NCBI GenBank assembly: GCA_013265495.1
Contig: MU063673.1
Span: 8,019,694-8,083,693 of the forward strand
Length of the DNA stretch: 64,000 nucleotides
Origin: Vicugna vicugna
Taxonomy: Eukaryota
Direction of reading: 5' to 3'
Part shown: positions 12,351 to 25,189 of the stretch, piece by piece
How positions within the stretch are numbered: position 1 is the stretch's first letter
Layout of the letters: every line of letters begins with the position of its first letter
Notes under the pieces: generated by a model
Database searches by the model: none
What the model saw: only the letters and a program-made list of their open reading frames with translations
Told to the model about the DNA's origin: nothing
Translations under genes and position numbers: made by a program

Positions 12351-12867
12351 TTTTGCTTTGAGAGTGTAAGACTAGGAAATATTCATTCCTTTCTCGCTCA
12401 TTTTCGAGAATCATCCCCCCACCACCCACAAGTGACTGTGGAAAAGTCATGATAATTGTATGGATCCACCTGAACAGTTTGCCTCTACATCTAATTGCTT
12501 TACAATATCATTACAACCATGCGTGGCGTTAAATTTTCATCAAATTGATTTTTAGTTCATTCGCTTCGATTTCAACAGCAAACTCTGTTCATTTCAGCAG
12601 GCTTCCGGGTTTCCTAGTCTGTGTCTCAGTGGGATGTGGTTGAGGGGTAGAAGATGGAGCGTGGAGTCACTTAGGAACCACTGCTCTGTCACCGGTGCTT
12701 CTGTTCTCACCGCCGCACTGCGGCTGATAAACACGCTCATGAGAAATGATGACGCTGTTTTCTCTGTAACGTCCTCTCATGGTCATCTGTTCAGCACAAA
12801 CATGTGCTCCTCCATATGGAAAAGAGATTAAGATGCTGTGAAATGTGGCACAACTTCGAGACTGCGC

Positions 12868-12972
12868 TTTTGTGTTTCTTTCTTTCTTTTTTTAACGGAG
12901 GCACTGGGGATTGAACCCAGGACCTCGTGCATGCTAAGCAAGCCCTCTGCCAATGAGCTGCGCCCTCACCCC
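12868..12972 (-). mobile_element. tRNA-Ala-derived SINE (camelid vic-1-like), short-tail form
   Basis: Minus strand GGGGTGAGGGCGCAGCTCATTGG...TTAGCAT...GGTTCAATCCCCAGTGCCTCC then an A-rich tail; A and B boxes present. Confidence 0.9.
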
Positions 12973-14049
12973 TGGACTGTACTCTCATGGAGGCTGGCGA
13001 GCAGACGTGTCCCGTGGACATTGCTGTGCACGGTGTGCAGGATGCTCCCGTGTGCAAGCACGGCCTCCTCAACCCACTTGTCTCCTGGTCTGACCGTGAG
13101 CAGAGACGCCCGAGTCTCTGAACCATCCACTCCAAACTCTAGAAGAAGGAATATGACGTCTTGTCTGATGTCCCCGGGGTTCATTCAGGAAGCCAAGGGT
13201 ACAAGGTCTTCTGGTACAAGCAGTCCTGCAGGGCCCCCCGAGGTGGAGGGCAGTTCTCTGAGAAGAATCAAGGGAACCAAAGCTTCCTGTATTGGGGTCA
13301 GAAAGGCTTAAAAAGAGGAGAACACAATGTTTCTCCGGGAGGCTACCCACCCTGTGAGGGTTGACAGGACATCCCCTCGGTGGCTGGTACAGAGACCTGG
13401 ACATGGGAGACCAAGCTGGCAGCTCTTTATATTTTCAGTTACGTACTCAGGGAACGCAGGAGGGCCTTTACCTGAGTGACTCTGTATTAGGCAGTTTTTA
13501 GGTGCATTGTCTCATTTTATCCTCAGATTTCCCCTAGGCTCCACCTGCCAATAGGTCTCTGGTATCAGTCTCCTTTCTGGAATTGCTTTATAGGATTCTA
13601 GTCTTTAATGCCAACTATTTTCAGGAGGCCCCGGCTTCACACACATAACCGTATCCTGGCATCTCCTGTGGGGGGTCTCGCACATACCCGCCAACTTTGC
13701 CCATGCGGGTCCCGTTCCTTCTCTTCTGCTTGGTCCCCCATGGATCATGGCTGAGCTGTCTGCTGCTTCTGGGGCTGCTAGAAAGTGTTTCTCCACCTGC
13801 ACGATCCCAGTGCTGATGCCAGTGGTGCTAGCACTTGTACCAAAGACACTTTCTCTGACTTGGTACTGGTGTCACCTCCATGTGGTTGAAGCCCGTGGCA
13901 GTGGGGACATTGGCCATGGCTAACACAAGACCTCAGAGGCCAGGGATAGGAGCATAGCATCTTTGTCCTTCTCATCGGGACCAGCACCTTAAGTCCCACC
14001 GATATTCTGAAATTCTGAACGTTCTGAAGCGCTGCTGGATTTCTAGTTC

Positions 14050-14890
14050 AAGATGGTAGTTGGAACACATGCAAAAATCAACTCCTGGGCACACTCCTCC
14101 ACAAAATGAAGAAATACGAACTATAACTAAGACATATTCATGTGCCACAGCAAAACATGAAGAGGGTGTATGTTCCACTAAGTAGAAGTAGAGAAAGCAG
14201 GCAAGACCTCATGTTATCAGCAAAAGGTGGCCACAGAGCTGCGAGTAACTCAGCACCTCCTGAGCCAGCCACACAAAGGCCATCTCACCGCCAGGCCGTA
14301 AGAGGGGGACTCACAAGGGGGGGTGGCCCTGTGGAAGGTGAGCACCAAACTGAGACCAGGACCTGAGTGATCTCAACCCCACAGCAAGGAAACTGCGTGC
14401 TCAGCAAATGGAAAAACTAATGCCAGATGACATAGGAATGTTCAAATAATTTTAACTTACAAATTAAAAAAAAATACTTAATAGCCTCAGAGAGCCAAAG
14501 GAAGGAATCCCATCACTAGAATCAAGATACGTTATATTTGTAAAAGAACAGATTTGTTTTAAAAAAAAAAGCTCAGAGATCTTAGAAACAAAAAATATTA
14601 TTATTACAGTTAAAAATTGAGCAGATAAGCTGAACAGCACACTGGACTCAAGTGAAAGATAAACCCTTGAGCTGGAAGGTAAATAATGAAATAGGAAGTG
14701 TTAAAAAAAATGGTTAAGAAACCTGAGGAAAAATCCAGAACTTCCAACATTCCTCTAATAAATGGTATGAAAGCAGAAAATAGAAAACATTAAAAAGAGG
14801 AGAAATAGTGGCCATGAATTTTTAGGAAATGAGTCCTCAGATGAAGGGTCCACAAATGCCAAACTGAATAAATAAAAGTGAGTTATAATC
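14050..14890 (+). mobile_element. Ancient L1 ORF1-like remnant (HAL1 or L1ME)
   Basis: A-rich plus strand with degraded ORF1-type motifs (CTTGAGCTGGAAG, ATCCAGAACTTCCAACAT, GAGTCCTCAGATGAAGGGTCCAC); no open frame. Confidence 0.55.
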
Positions 14891-14894
14891 AAAA

Positions 14895-15600
14895 TGAGAT
14901 ATTACATCACACTCACTAAGGAGGCTAAAACCAAAAAGTCTAACAATGACGAGGATGAGCAAGCCATTGGAACCCTCATACACTGCGGTGGGAATTTTAA
15001 ATGGTGCAACAGCTTTGGAAAACAGCCTGGCAGTTCTCACAAGGTTAAATGTAGAGGAAGCATATGGACCAGCAATTCCACTCCTCAGACCGAGCCGAGA
15101 GAACTGAAAATAGGTTCGTGTAAAAACGTGAACGTGAAAGTTCATGCAGCATTATTCATAACAGCCAAAAAGTAGAAACAACCCAAATGTTTACCACTTG
15201 TGAATAGATAAGCAAATGTGGATGAATGGTTAAACATAAAGTGAAATATTATTCTGCCACAAAAATAAAGTTCTGATACCTGCCACAACATGGATGAACC
15301 TTGAAAATATTACCTTATGTGAGAGAAGCCAGTCACAAAAGGCCACCTATTATATGAGCCCATTTAGACAAAGTATCCAAAGTAGACTAAGATGACAAAA
15401 AAGTAGATGAGTGTCACAGGGGCCGTGACAGGACAAAATGGGGAGTCACTGTTAATGGACACAGGTTTTCTTTGGGGGATAATAAAAAAGATCGTGATGA
15501 TGGTTGTGCAACTTTGTGAATATACTTACAGCCACCAAACTTACCTTAAGAGGGTAAATTTTATGTTAGATGAATTACATCTCAATTAAACTATTTGAAC
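14895..15600 (+). mobile_element. Ancient L1 (L1MC/ME-like) ORF2 end and 3' UTR
   Basis: GGTGCAACAGCTTTGGAAAACAG, GTTCATGCAGCATTATTCATAACAGCCAAAAAGTAGAAACAACCCAAATG, ends TGAATTACATCTCAATTAAA. Confidence 0.9.
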
Positions 15601-15964
15601 AAAAAACTGAGTCCTCACCAAAGCTGGGCAGAGGTCACAGTAGGGTCCTGTGGAAATAATTTCTCTCATGCCACATCACTGTGTGGTTTGGGTGTTCAGG
15701 TGCTGTTCTCCAAGTCACAGAATTTGTATGAAAGCGAGAGAGAGAAATAGCTTGTGTGGCATCTTCTTGCCTCTTCCATCCGTGGATTCTCAGAGGCCAG
15801 CCTCGTAGATGGTCTGAACAGCAGGCCGGATGCCTTCCTTGTGATGGCTCTGAGTTCCATGCCCAGCGGAGCCTGCATTCTTTCCCAGGAGGCTCCGTGG
15901 CCCCTTCCACGAACAGCCCCCCAGCGGGCACAGTGGTCCAGCCCCTGAGCCTAGGACTCTCAGA

Positions 15965-16115
15965 ACTTTGGGAGGTACCATTATCTCCATTTGCCGATGA
16001 GAAAACCCAAGCTCAGAGAGGTGGTGGCTCAAGAAATCCAGAAAACTGGCACTGGTGTTATCCTCACGAGTTGGCCAGCCTCCTTTAATCTGACTCTCCA
16101 AGTGCTCGTACCAGT
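15965..16115 (-). mobile_element. MIR SINE
   Basis: CATTATCTCCATTTGCCGATGAGAAAACCCAAGCTCAGAGAGG, the reverse-complemented core. Confidence 0.7.
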
Positions 16116-16849
16116 GAGCCCTTGTTGAGCAAACTTGTCACGGGCCTTTCCGCTCAGTAATAACTACAACTAAGCTAGAACATGATCGTTGACAATGTAA
16201 GCAAAGCGGAGCTTCAGTTAACTTTGTGTGCTCACCCAAAGACTCAGTGAACCAGAGGCCCTGATGGACGGGTGCCCCAGGGAGGCCTGCGTCCTGTCTG
16301 ACTTCAGGTTTTCCCTCTCATCGCCCAGGACCTCAGCTGGGCAGACACCCCCTGCACCCACCGCCCGGCTGAAACCGCATCAAGTACAAGTGATTTCTTT
16401 TCTTTTCTGCGTGGTAGTGTTCACCGTCTCTCCCCCCTTGTAAAAGGGGTTGTTTAGGTGCTCGGGTTTCCCTTCCCGTGAAACTTGGATACAATAACAA
16501 CTTACCACAATCACTGGCAGAATCTCAGCAGAGATACTTTTGAGCCCTGTGGAGCCACCGCCAGCCTGGCAGAATGTTTTTATTTTGTTTTGCTTGGTCT
16601 TGGTTTGTTTCTTAATTGCAGACTGCAGTGTCCTGGGTTCGAGGATGAACTGTGACTGTGGGTGGGCCACTGGTTTAACAAGGCTTGTGAACACTGCCAG
16701 GTCACCGCCAAGACAGTCCTGAGGCTTGGTGGTACCTGGTGTGGAAAAGAACACAGAACAGCTCTAAAGTTCCAGAACAACTTAAAACATGGTAGTTCCT
16801 CCTAGGTCACCTCCACCACAGGCACCTGGAGATCTGACAAAAGATACAT

Positions 16850-18165
16850 TTAACCCCCTTGACCTCAGTAATATAGGACATGTATACCTTTTCTTTGCTA
16901 ACCTTAAAAATAAAATATCCTTCTTAGATCTGTCTCCTAAAGCAAAGGAAATAAAAACAAAAATAAACAAATAGGACCCAGTAAAACTTAAAGACTTAAA
17001 AGGAAACTGTCAAGAAAACAAAAAGACAATCTACTGAATAGGAGACAATATTTGCAAATGATAATGACCCATAAGGGGTTAATATCCAAAATGTATAAAC
17101 AACTCATACAACTCAATGTCAAAAAAACAAACAATCCTGATTGAAAAATGGGCAGAAGACCTTCAAAGAAGATACACAGATGGCCAACAGGCATATGAAA
17201 AGATACTCAATGTTACTAAACATCACAAATCAAAGCCACAATGAGATATCACCTCACACCTGTCAGAATGGCCATCATCNNNNNNNNNNNNNNNNNNNNN
17301 NNNNNNNNNNNNNNNNNNNNNNNNNNNNNNNNNNNNNNNNNNNNNNNNNNNNNNNNNNNNNNNNNNNNNNNNNNNNNNNNNNNNNNNNNNNNNNNNNNNN
17401 NNNNNNNNNNNNAACTACCACATGATCCAGAAGTTTCACCCCTGGGTATATATATCTGAAGAAAACAAAAACACTGGTTCGAAAAGACACAAGTNNNNNN
17501 NNNNNNNNNNNNNNNNNNNNNNNNNNNNNNNNNNNNNNNNNNNNNNNNNNNNNNNNNNNNNNNNNNNNNNNNNNNNNNNNNNNNNNNNNNNNNNNNNNNN
17601 NNNNNNNNNNNNNNNNNNNNNNNNNNNNNNNNNNNNNNNNNNNNNNNNGGTTTATGACAGTGATTCAGTATTTTTATAGATTATACTCCATTTAAAGTTA
17701 TTATATACACATGCACATACACACAATAGACTATTACTCAACCATAAAAAAAAATGAAATTCTGCCATTTTCAGCAATGTGATTGACCTGGAGAGTATTA
17801 TGCTTAGTGAAATAAGCCAGAGAAAGACAAATACTGTATGCTATCACTTATATATGAAATCTAAAAATTAAAACAAATGAATGAATATAGCAAAACAGAA
17901 ACCAGCTCACAAGTGAGTGGTTACCAGTGGGGAAAGGGAGTGGGGGAGGGGCAATATAAGGGTATGGGATTAAGAGGTACAAACTATTATTTATAAAATA
18001 AATAAACTATGAGGATATATTGCACAGCACAGGGAATATTGCCAATATTTTATAATAACTTTAAATGGAGTATAATCTATAAGATTATTAAATCACTATG
18101 TCGTGCACCTGAAACTAATATAATATTGTAAATCAAGTATACTTCAATTAAAAAGAAAAAAAATG
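16850..18165 (+). mobile_element. 5'-truncated LINE-1 (ORF2 C-terminus and 3' UTR), two internal N gaps
   Basis: ORF-track peptide DTQMANRHMKRYSMLLNI and MRYHLTPVRMAII are L1 ORF2 motifs; G-rich tract; ends CTTCAATTAAAAAGAAAAAA. Confidence 0.95.
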
Positions 18166-18169
18166 ATGG

Positions 18170-18520
18170 AGCCCATAGGACTTGTGGAAGGATTAGATAT
18201 TGGGAGTGAGAGAAGAGTCAAAGATTATTCCAATGATGGACTACCAACTGGAACTGATGAAAGTCCAGAAGAGTGAAGATGAGACTTGAGTAAGGAAGAA
18301 AGACACCGTCTTAGGCTGTCTAAGGGAGTAGTGCCAGAGTCCTGTAGTTACGACGGATGGAACACAGAGGTGAGTATCTTTGGGGTCATGGGCAACTGGA
18401 GAGGATTTAAAGGACACTTAGAGCAGGAGGAGAGGCTTGAACAAAGATGTGGGAATGGAACGAACATTGAACGTCAAGGAAAGAGGAGACTAGTAGAACT
18501 GGATAATGCAGCTTTGCCGG
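18170..18520 (-). mobile_element. L2 LINE remnant
   Basis: GGATTAGATATTGGGAGTGAGAGAAGAGTCAAG purine-rich antisense L2 motif. Confidence 0.45.
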
Positions 18521-19116
18521 GAAGCAGTGGAAGTGAGACAGAGAAGTCAGGTGCAGCTGGGGTTTGGGAAGCCTTGGCTGCCGGCCACACTTACTCCTGC
18601 CCAGTAGTGTGCTGGGAGTCTGGACATTTGGCTTCCAGGTTTAGGCATGTTCTGTGCATCACGGAGAGGCCACTTCCATTTGTGAATGTCAGGAAAGTTG
18701 CAAAAATACTACCAGGGATATGTTATGAAAGCTCTCAGATCTTAAAATTAGCATTGGGTCATCCAAAATGTACAGATTAATCATTTATAGGAACACTACT
18801 TTAACTTCACATTTGGACTATGGAACTCATCTTTTGTGTGGTTTAATAATCTAATGCAAACTCAATATGTGCTTTTGGTTATGTAAGTAATACAACAAAA
18901 CTCTATTGTGCATACGTACAATTTACTATATCTACGTTCCTGGGTGCTCCCAGAGTCTACACTTGTATCCCCTATTCAGGGTGCACATACAAAGCCACTT
19001 ATACTCCACTTCATAAGCAATTAAAGGATTTATCAAGAGTAATATTTTTCTATTCTTAGTTTTTTCCTTGGATATTAGTCCATAAGCCTTGAAGAAGATT
19101 CAGGTTTGCTCTAAGC

Positions 19117-19310
19117 ACTGGTTCACAGTATTGGCTGCACATTGGAATCACCAGGGGAGCTTTAAAAGCTTCTGATGCTTGGGCCCTTCCCCCCGAGATT
19201 CTGACTTAATTGACCTGGGACGAGGCCAGGGTGTCATTAAATCATTAAAGAAGATCATTAAAATCTACTAGAGTGACTCTAACGTGCAGCAGACTTTGAG
19301 ACATATTGCT
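19117..19310 (+). mobile_element. MER5A1/MER5B-like hAT-Charlie MITE
   Basis: TTGGCTGCACATTGGAATCACCAGGGGAGCTTTAAAA...GAGATTCTGACTTAATTG...GACTCTAACGTGCAGC. Confidence 0.85.
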
Positions 19311-19324
19311 TTGAGTTTATTTTG

Positions 19325-20210
19325 TTTATTTTAACAATATATATATTTTTTAATTGAAGTATAGTTGATTTACAATATTATATTAGTTTCAGGCGTACAA
19401 CATAGTGATTCAATATTTTTATAGATTTAAAGTTATTAAACTCCATTTAAAGTTATTTTAAAATATTGGCAGTATTCCCTGTGCTGGGCAACATACCCTT
19501 GTAACTTATTTATTTTACACATAGTAGTTTGCATCTCTTAACCCCCTACCCCTATCTCGCCCCTCCTCTCTTCCCTGTCCCCACGGGCAGCCACTAGTTT
19601 GTTCTCTATATGTGTGAGATACATTCAGTAGGTTTTGTTATATTCAATAGGTTGTTTTGTTTCTTAGATTTCACATGTAAGTGATAACATACAGTATGTC
19701 TTTCTCTGACTTACTACACTAAGAATAATACCCTCTAGGTCCATCCACATTGCTGCAAATGGCAGAATTTCATTCATTTTTTATGGCTGAGNNNNNNNNN
19801 NNNNNNNNNNNNNNNNNNNNNNNNNNNNNNNNNNNNNNNNNNNNNNNNNNNNNNNNNNNNNNNNNNNNNNNNNNNNNNNNNNNNNNNNNNNNNNNNNNNN
19901 NNNNNNNNNNNNNNNNNNNNTGAGATGCATATATCTTTTCAAATTAGTGTTTTTGTTTTCTTCAGATATGTACTGAGGGGTGGAATTGCTGGATCATATG
20001 GTAGTTCTATTTTTAGTTTTTTGAGGACCCTCTATACTGTTCTCCTGCACCAGTTTACAATGGTGTAGCAGTGTATACTCCCACCAACAGTGTACGAGTG
20101 TTCCTTTTTCTCCATATCCTTGCCAACATTTATTATCTGTTGTCTTTTTGATGCTGGCCATTCTGGCAGGTGTGAGGTGACATCTCACTGTGGGTTTGAT
20201 TTGCATCTAT
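19325..20210 (-). mobile_element. 5'-truncated LINE-1, antisense
   Basis: TTTTAATTGAAGTATAGTTGATTTACAAT tail; minus-strand peptide [42 protein letters not shown]. Confidence 0.95.
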
Positions 20211-20269
20211 GAGCTCCATCTTCAAAGTCCTCTGAGATCTTCCCGCTACTTCCCACCCCCACAGGCGCA

Positions 20270-20480
20270 AGGCACTATTTCGTCTGATCCCATCTTGGTT
20301 GTTGTCATCATCACCCGATAAGGCTCCCTGCTTCCACTCTTGCCCTTACAGAATGGCTTCCAGAATGATCCTTTTCGACTATAATTCTAGTCATGTCACT
20401 GCCTTATTCAAAGCCTTGCATTGGCTCCCATCACCCTTAGGATGAAATTCAAAACCCACCACAATCTGCCAAGACACAAG
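20270..20480 (+). mobile_element. L2 LINE remnant
   Basis: CATGTCACTGCCTTATTCAAAGCCTTGCATTGGCTCCCATCACCCTTAGGATGAAATTCAAA. Confidence 0.65.
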
Positions 20481-20584
20481 AGTCTTCACAGAGTTTTACT
20501 ATTCATATTAATAACAACCGCTAACATTTAACAAGTGTTTATATGAGGCACTGTTCTAAGCCTCTTGTTTTACATGTTAAAAGC

Positions 20585-21135
20585 CTGAAGCAAAGACATG
20601 GGAAAAACCTAAATGTCCATTGAAAGATGACTGGATGAAGAAGCTGTGGTATGTTTATACAATGGACTACTACTCAGCCATAATAAAAGAATAAAATACT
20701 ATTTGCAGCAACATAGATGGACCTGGAGATTGTCATTCTCAGTGAAGTAAGCCAGAAAGAGAAAGAAGAATACCATATGGTATCACTCATATGTGGAATC
20801 TAAAAAAAGAAAAAAGAAGACACTAATGAACTCATCTACAAAACAGAAACCGACTCACAGACATAGTAAACTTATGGTTACTGGGGGGAAGAGGGTGGGA
20901 AGGGACAAATTGGGAGTTCGAGATTTGCAAATATTAAATACTATGTATAAAATAGATAAACAATGAATTTCTTCTGTATAGCACAGGGAACTGTATTCAA
21001 TTTCTTGTAGTAACCTACAATGAAAGAGAATATGAAAAGGAATATATGTATGAGTATGTATGACTGAGACATTCTGCTGTAACCAGAAGTTGACACAACA
21101 TTGTAAACTGACTACACTTCAATTAAAAAAAGAAA
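20585..21135 (+). mobile_element. Younger artiodactyl/camelid-type L1 3' end inserted into a MIR
   Basis: CCTAAATGTCCATTG...TACTACTCAGCCAT...ACAACATTGTAAACTGACTACACTTCAATTAAAAAA; MIR-like halves flank both sides (about 20500-20580 and 21135-21220). Confidence 0.95.
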
Positions 21136-22429
21136 GAAACTGAGGCACAGAGACCAGAAGACTCACCAAGTACAGCGGCAGTCAGCAGTGAGACAGGATT
21201 TGAACTTGGACCACCCACTGGACCACGGCCCCCACATGTAGACAGGGGCCATACTCAGATGTGCTGAACCCACACTGTCAGACCCTCATTATAATTTCAA
21301 ATGTTTCGGTGAGGAGCCCAACACTATTTGTTTTCTTATGTTTGCAAATGCATCAATGTGTGACTTTAACTGTAGGTAGAAAGGTTTTAAGGGAGGAAAA
21401 AGAGAAAAAGGCTGGAGCCTGAATTAATTAGGGAAGCCCCGTTGCTCAGACAGCAATGCCCCAGAGCCAAGCTGGAAGCCAAGAAATTTGCTTTAAAAAC
21501 ATGATCTCTCCCAAGCTGAAGATTACGTCAAATATAGGGTGATATACCACCCAAAAGGCAAAACCGCAGTTTGCTTGTTTAAAGGCTGTTTTAGGTTGGG
21601 TTGGCTGCCGCTCAGAGCTACACCACAAGCCATGGGGCTGCAGTTTCTAGACCAGGGTTGAAAAGTCATCGGGAGAAGAAGTGCTGTGGTCCTCCCTGCC
21701 CGGAGGCTCTGCGCCTATAGAAGGAGTGCCCGGGCAAACTGCTGGCCACTGGCTTTCATTACAGCCTCGGCCGGGCAGTCGGGTCCAACACGCTCCCTAC
21801 CTCGTGAGGAGGGAGAAAACCCCTTTGCTGAGTAGCACATAGAGCTTGGGCTTCAACCAGAATCCCCTTAGAAAGAGGACAGTGTCCCCCAGGCATGTGG
21901 ACAGCAGGGATCGAGAAGGGTCTTGAGCATCCCGGGAGCGGTGTAACTCAAGGGTCAGGAGTGGAAGGCAAGTGTGGGTTGTTTGAAGCAGTCACACATT
22001 TCAGGTGGTCAACCCGCCTGGTCCCTGTCTTGTCCCGAGGGCCCAAGTCGACTCTGCTATGTGGGTGACACACAGGCGGCCTACATGGAACCTGGTTGCA
22101 GTTGGAGAAGAGAGTTTTGGAGGCTTAGCCTGGCCCCTCCCCGACTCTGTTACACACAGTTGTTATCTGAAACCATCGGCCATTACACTCCAGGAAGAGC
22201 AGCGCCCGTGTTTTTGGCAACAGGGGAGTGAGCAGGAGTTGGGTTTCTCTGATCGGGTCTCCAAGGCAGGCCGGCTGCCCCCCAGGAAGGCCCGGTATCC
22301 CTGTCCTCTGCATGAACCTGCCTGAAAAGGATCCAGGAGTTATTGGGTAATCAGGACTTGTCAGCACCTCGGTTATGCAGGATGGTTCAATCCGATAATG
22401 TGAATGGAACCTGTAATAGTGCTGATGAA

Positions 22430-22819
22430 NNNNNNNNNNNNNNNNNNNNNNNNNNNNNNNNNNNNNNNNNNNNNNNNNNNNNNNNNNNNNNNNNNNNNNN
22501 NNNNNNNNNNNNNNNNNNNNNNNNNNNNNNNNNNNNNNNNNNNNNNNNNNNNNNNNNNNNNNNNNNNNNAAAAGACCAAGAAGAAGAAAGAAGGGAAGAA
22601 AGAAATCCTGTTACGTGAGNNNNNNNNNNNNNNNNNNNNNNNNNNNNNNNNNNNNNNNNNNNNNNNNNNNNNNNNNNNNNNNNNNNNNNNNNNNNNNNNN
22701 NNNNNNNNNNNNNNNNNNNNNNNNNNNNNNNNNNNNNNNNNNNNNNNNNNNNNNNNNNNNNNNNNNNNNNNNNNNNNNNNNNNNNNNNNNNNNNNNNNNN
22801 NNNNNNNNNNNNNNNNNNN
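22430..22819. other. Two N gaps (22430-22569, 22620-22819) around a 50-nt island
   Basis: Runs of N. Confidence 1.
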
Positions 22820-23571
22820 ACAATTTGCATACCATTATAATACAGCCTGCTTATGAGCTAAGTCTGCTGGTGGTAGGCTGGGTTGAACATTTTTGTGAGT
22901 GCAAATCAAAAATCATTTGTCTGTTTTAATTGCCTACCTGGGTTGGCCTCTTCCTGGGTGAAGACCAGAGATGTACATGTTTTCATCATCCAGGCCTGTT
23001 CAGGATAGCACGTCAAGCTACCAGTGGTAAATGAGGCACGTTCCTTCACATACTGCAAGGGTCAGAGACCCACGTCTGGCCTTACTGTGGTCCAGAAAAC
23101 ATTCATGGTATCTATTAGTTGCAAGAGCCGTAAGAGAGCCACATGAGTTCCTGGCATGGTCCAGATTTGGTTGCCTGGTTACAGCTGATCTCAGAAGTCC
23201 CTGGACCAGATGCCGATCCCTCAGTGGCATCTTCAGTTGCCATCAAAACAAGCAGTTTTGTCTTCTTACGATGTGCCATGAGCCAGTTTTGAAAGTCAAA
23301 CAAAAACATCTCTCCTAAAAAAAACCATTTCCTTTTACTGTGTTCTGTGTTTTCAAGCCATTATCACGAACATGGGTGCCTTCTTCAGAGCTCTTGCCAC
23401 GTCTTGCTAAGCTGGGGACCATTTGGTTTCCTTGTCTTCGGACAGAGATGAGCACCTTCTCTAACCTTTTGGCCTCGATGTCTCTATTGCTAGAAAGAGG
23501 ATGAGGCACTCAGAATGTAGATTTCTTGGATAAGCAGCTTCTCTAACTGGAATCCTGCTTAGCATCCACAG

Positions 23572-23790
23572 CAGGGGTTGGCAAGATCCACAAACCGAAT
23601 CCGACCTGACACCTGCTTTGTAAATAAAGTTTCATTGAAACACAAATATGTTCATTTGTTTACCTCGTGTCCCCGGCTGGTTTTGCACTCCAGCAGCAGA
23701 GTTGAATAGTCACCATACAGACCTCACAGACAGCAAACCCTGATGTATTTGCTCTTCGGTCCCTCACAGGAAAACATTTGACAATCCCTG
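23572..23790 (+). mobile_element. MER58A-like hAT-Charlie MITE
   Basis: CAGGGGTTGGCAA...GTAAATAAAGTTTCATTGAAACAC...GCAGAGTTGAATAGT...ATCCCTG with terminal inverted repeats. Confidence 0.9.
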
Positions 23791-23889
23791 GCCTAAAGAA
23801 TTGTGTTTCTCCAAAATCTCCTACATTATGGTGGCCAAGAGTAGGTACAGCTGCTCCTCAGAGCTGCACTATAAGCTTTTTGAGTGAGG

Positions 23890-24455
23890 TGGAATCTTAG
23901 ACATCACCTGGTTGTCCTCCCCACCTGACTGATGTTTGATTACCCTCAATAACATTGCCAGGACTGGAAAAATTATAAAATCCTCAAACATACCATTCCA
24001 TATTTTGCTGGCTTTGTTAGGAATTCTTCCTTGTATCAAGTCAAATTCTGTCTCCTTGTAAGTTGTTTCCATGTGGTCACAGTCCTCTGCTTTGCAGACA
24101 TACAGACAAGTATGGATTTTCCTCAATGCCATGATCATTCAGACATCGAGAACTAGTGTTATGTTCTCCCTGAGTGTGTTCTTCTTCAACAGATATTCCA
24201 ATCAACTTCCTTTGTTCCTTTTATGTCCGAGCACTGAGGTCTTTACCAAGCCAACCACGTTCCTCTGGATGCTGTAATCCATCACCAGGTACTAATGCAA
24301 TATTCCAGGTGTGGTTCCACCCAGGTGGAGTTAGGCAGAGTCATCGCCTCCCTCATTCTGGAATTAATATTTCTATTCCTGTCAACTAAAATTTAATTTG
24401 CCTTTGAGGAGACCACATCTCACTGTTGATTCAGATCATACGTGAAATCAACCAT
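23890..24455 (-). mobile_element. L3/CR1 LINE remnant
   Basis: AATATTCCAGGTGTGGTTCCACCCAGG...TCGCCTCCCTCATTCTGG...CACATCTCACTGTTGATTCA resembles antisense CR1 ORF2. Confidence 0.65.
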
Positions 24456-24456
24456 C

Positions 24457-24841
24457 TGAGTCAGCTCTGGCTGCTATAGCAAAACACCACAGGCTGGTTG
24501 GCTTAAACAATAAACATATTTCTCGTGGTTCTGGAGGCTGGGAATTATAAGACCAAAGGGCTGGCATATTTGGCTCCTGCAAGAGCCCACTTCCTGTTTA
24601 TAGACAGCCGCCTTCTCACTGTGTCCTTACATGTGCTCTCCTTGGCTGTGTGCATATGAAGAGAGGGGTCTCTCTGTCTCCTCTTCTTGTAAGGACACTA
24701 ATCCCACCATGAGGTCCAACCCTCATGACTTCATCTAAAGCTAATCAGCCCCCAAAGACCCCACTTCTAAATACCATCACATTGGGAGTTAGGGCTCCAC
24801 CCCATGATTTTGAGGGTGACACAAACATCCTGTCCATAATA
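24457..24841 (-). mobile_element. MaLR solo LTR (MLT1A-like)
   Basis: GGCTGCTATAGCAAAACACCACAGGCTGG...TTCTGGAGGCTGGGA...TAAATACCATCACATTGGGAGTTAGG. Confidence 0.9.
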
Positions 24842-25189
24842 TCTACTAAAACCCCTTTTCTGATATGTAAAATGTTATCTTTCTGTTCTTCCCCCCTATA
24901 TCCTTTTTCTACTGATATCCCCCACCCCCACCGCCATCATACCTGCCTAAACTGCGTCTCTGATTTCCTGAGTCCTTAACATCTGCTAATTGCTTCTTAT
25001 CTGGGAACAAATAAAACAAATGCCTCTAATTCTTTCTCCCTTCATCCATCCATGTGAAGTTTGGCTCCTTACAAACTATTTACCCTTTTCCAACCTACTT
25101 CATCTACTTCAAATGGAAGCAAAGTGGCTAAAAGCAAAGATACGTCACAGGAGCCACAAATGCTGTCCTACACATATCTCTGACTCACC

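Noticed and set aside
13161-13364. YKVFWYKQ peptide resembling a TCR/Ig V framework
   Set aside because: No conserved cysteines at V-domain spacing, no YxC motif, no leader and no RSS.
21521-21530. GATTACGTCA CRE/bZIP-like site and scattered TGA(G/C)TCA AP-1 heptamers
   Set aside because: Short motifs occurring at about chance frequency in 64 kb.
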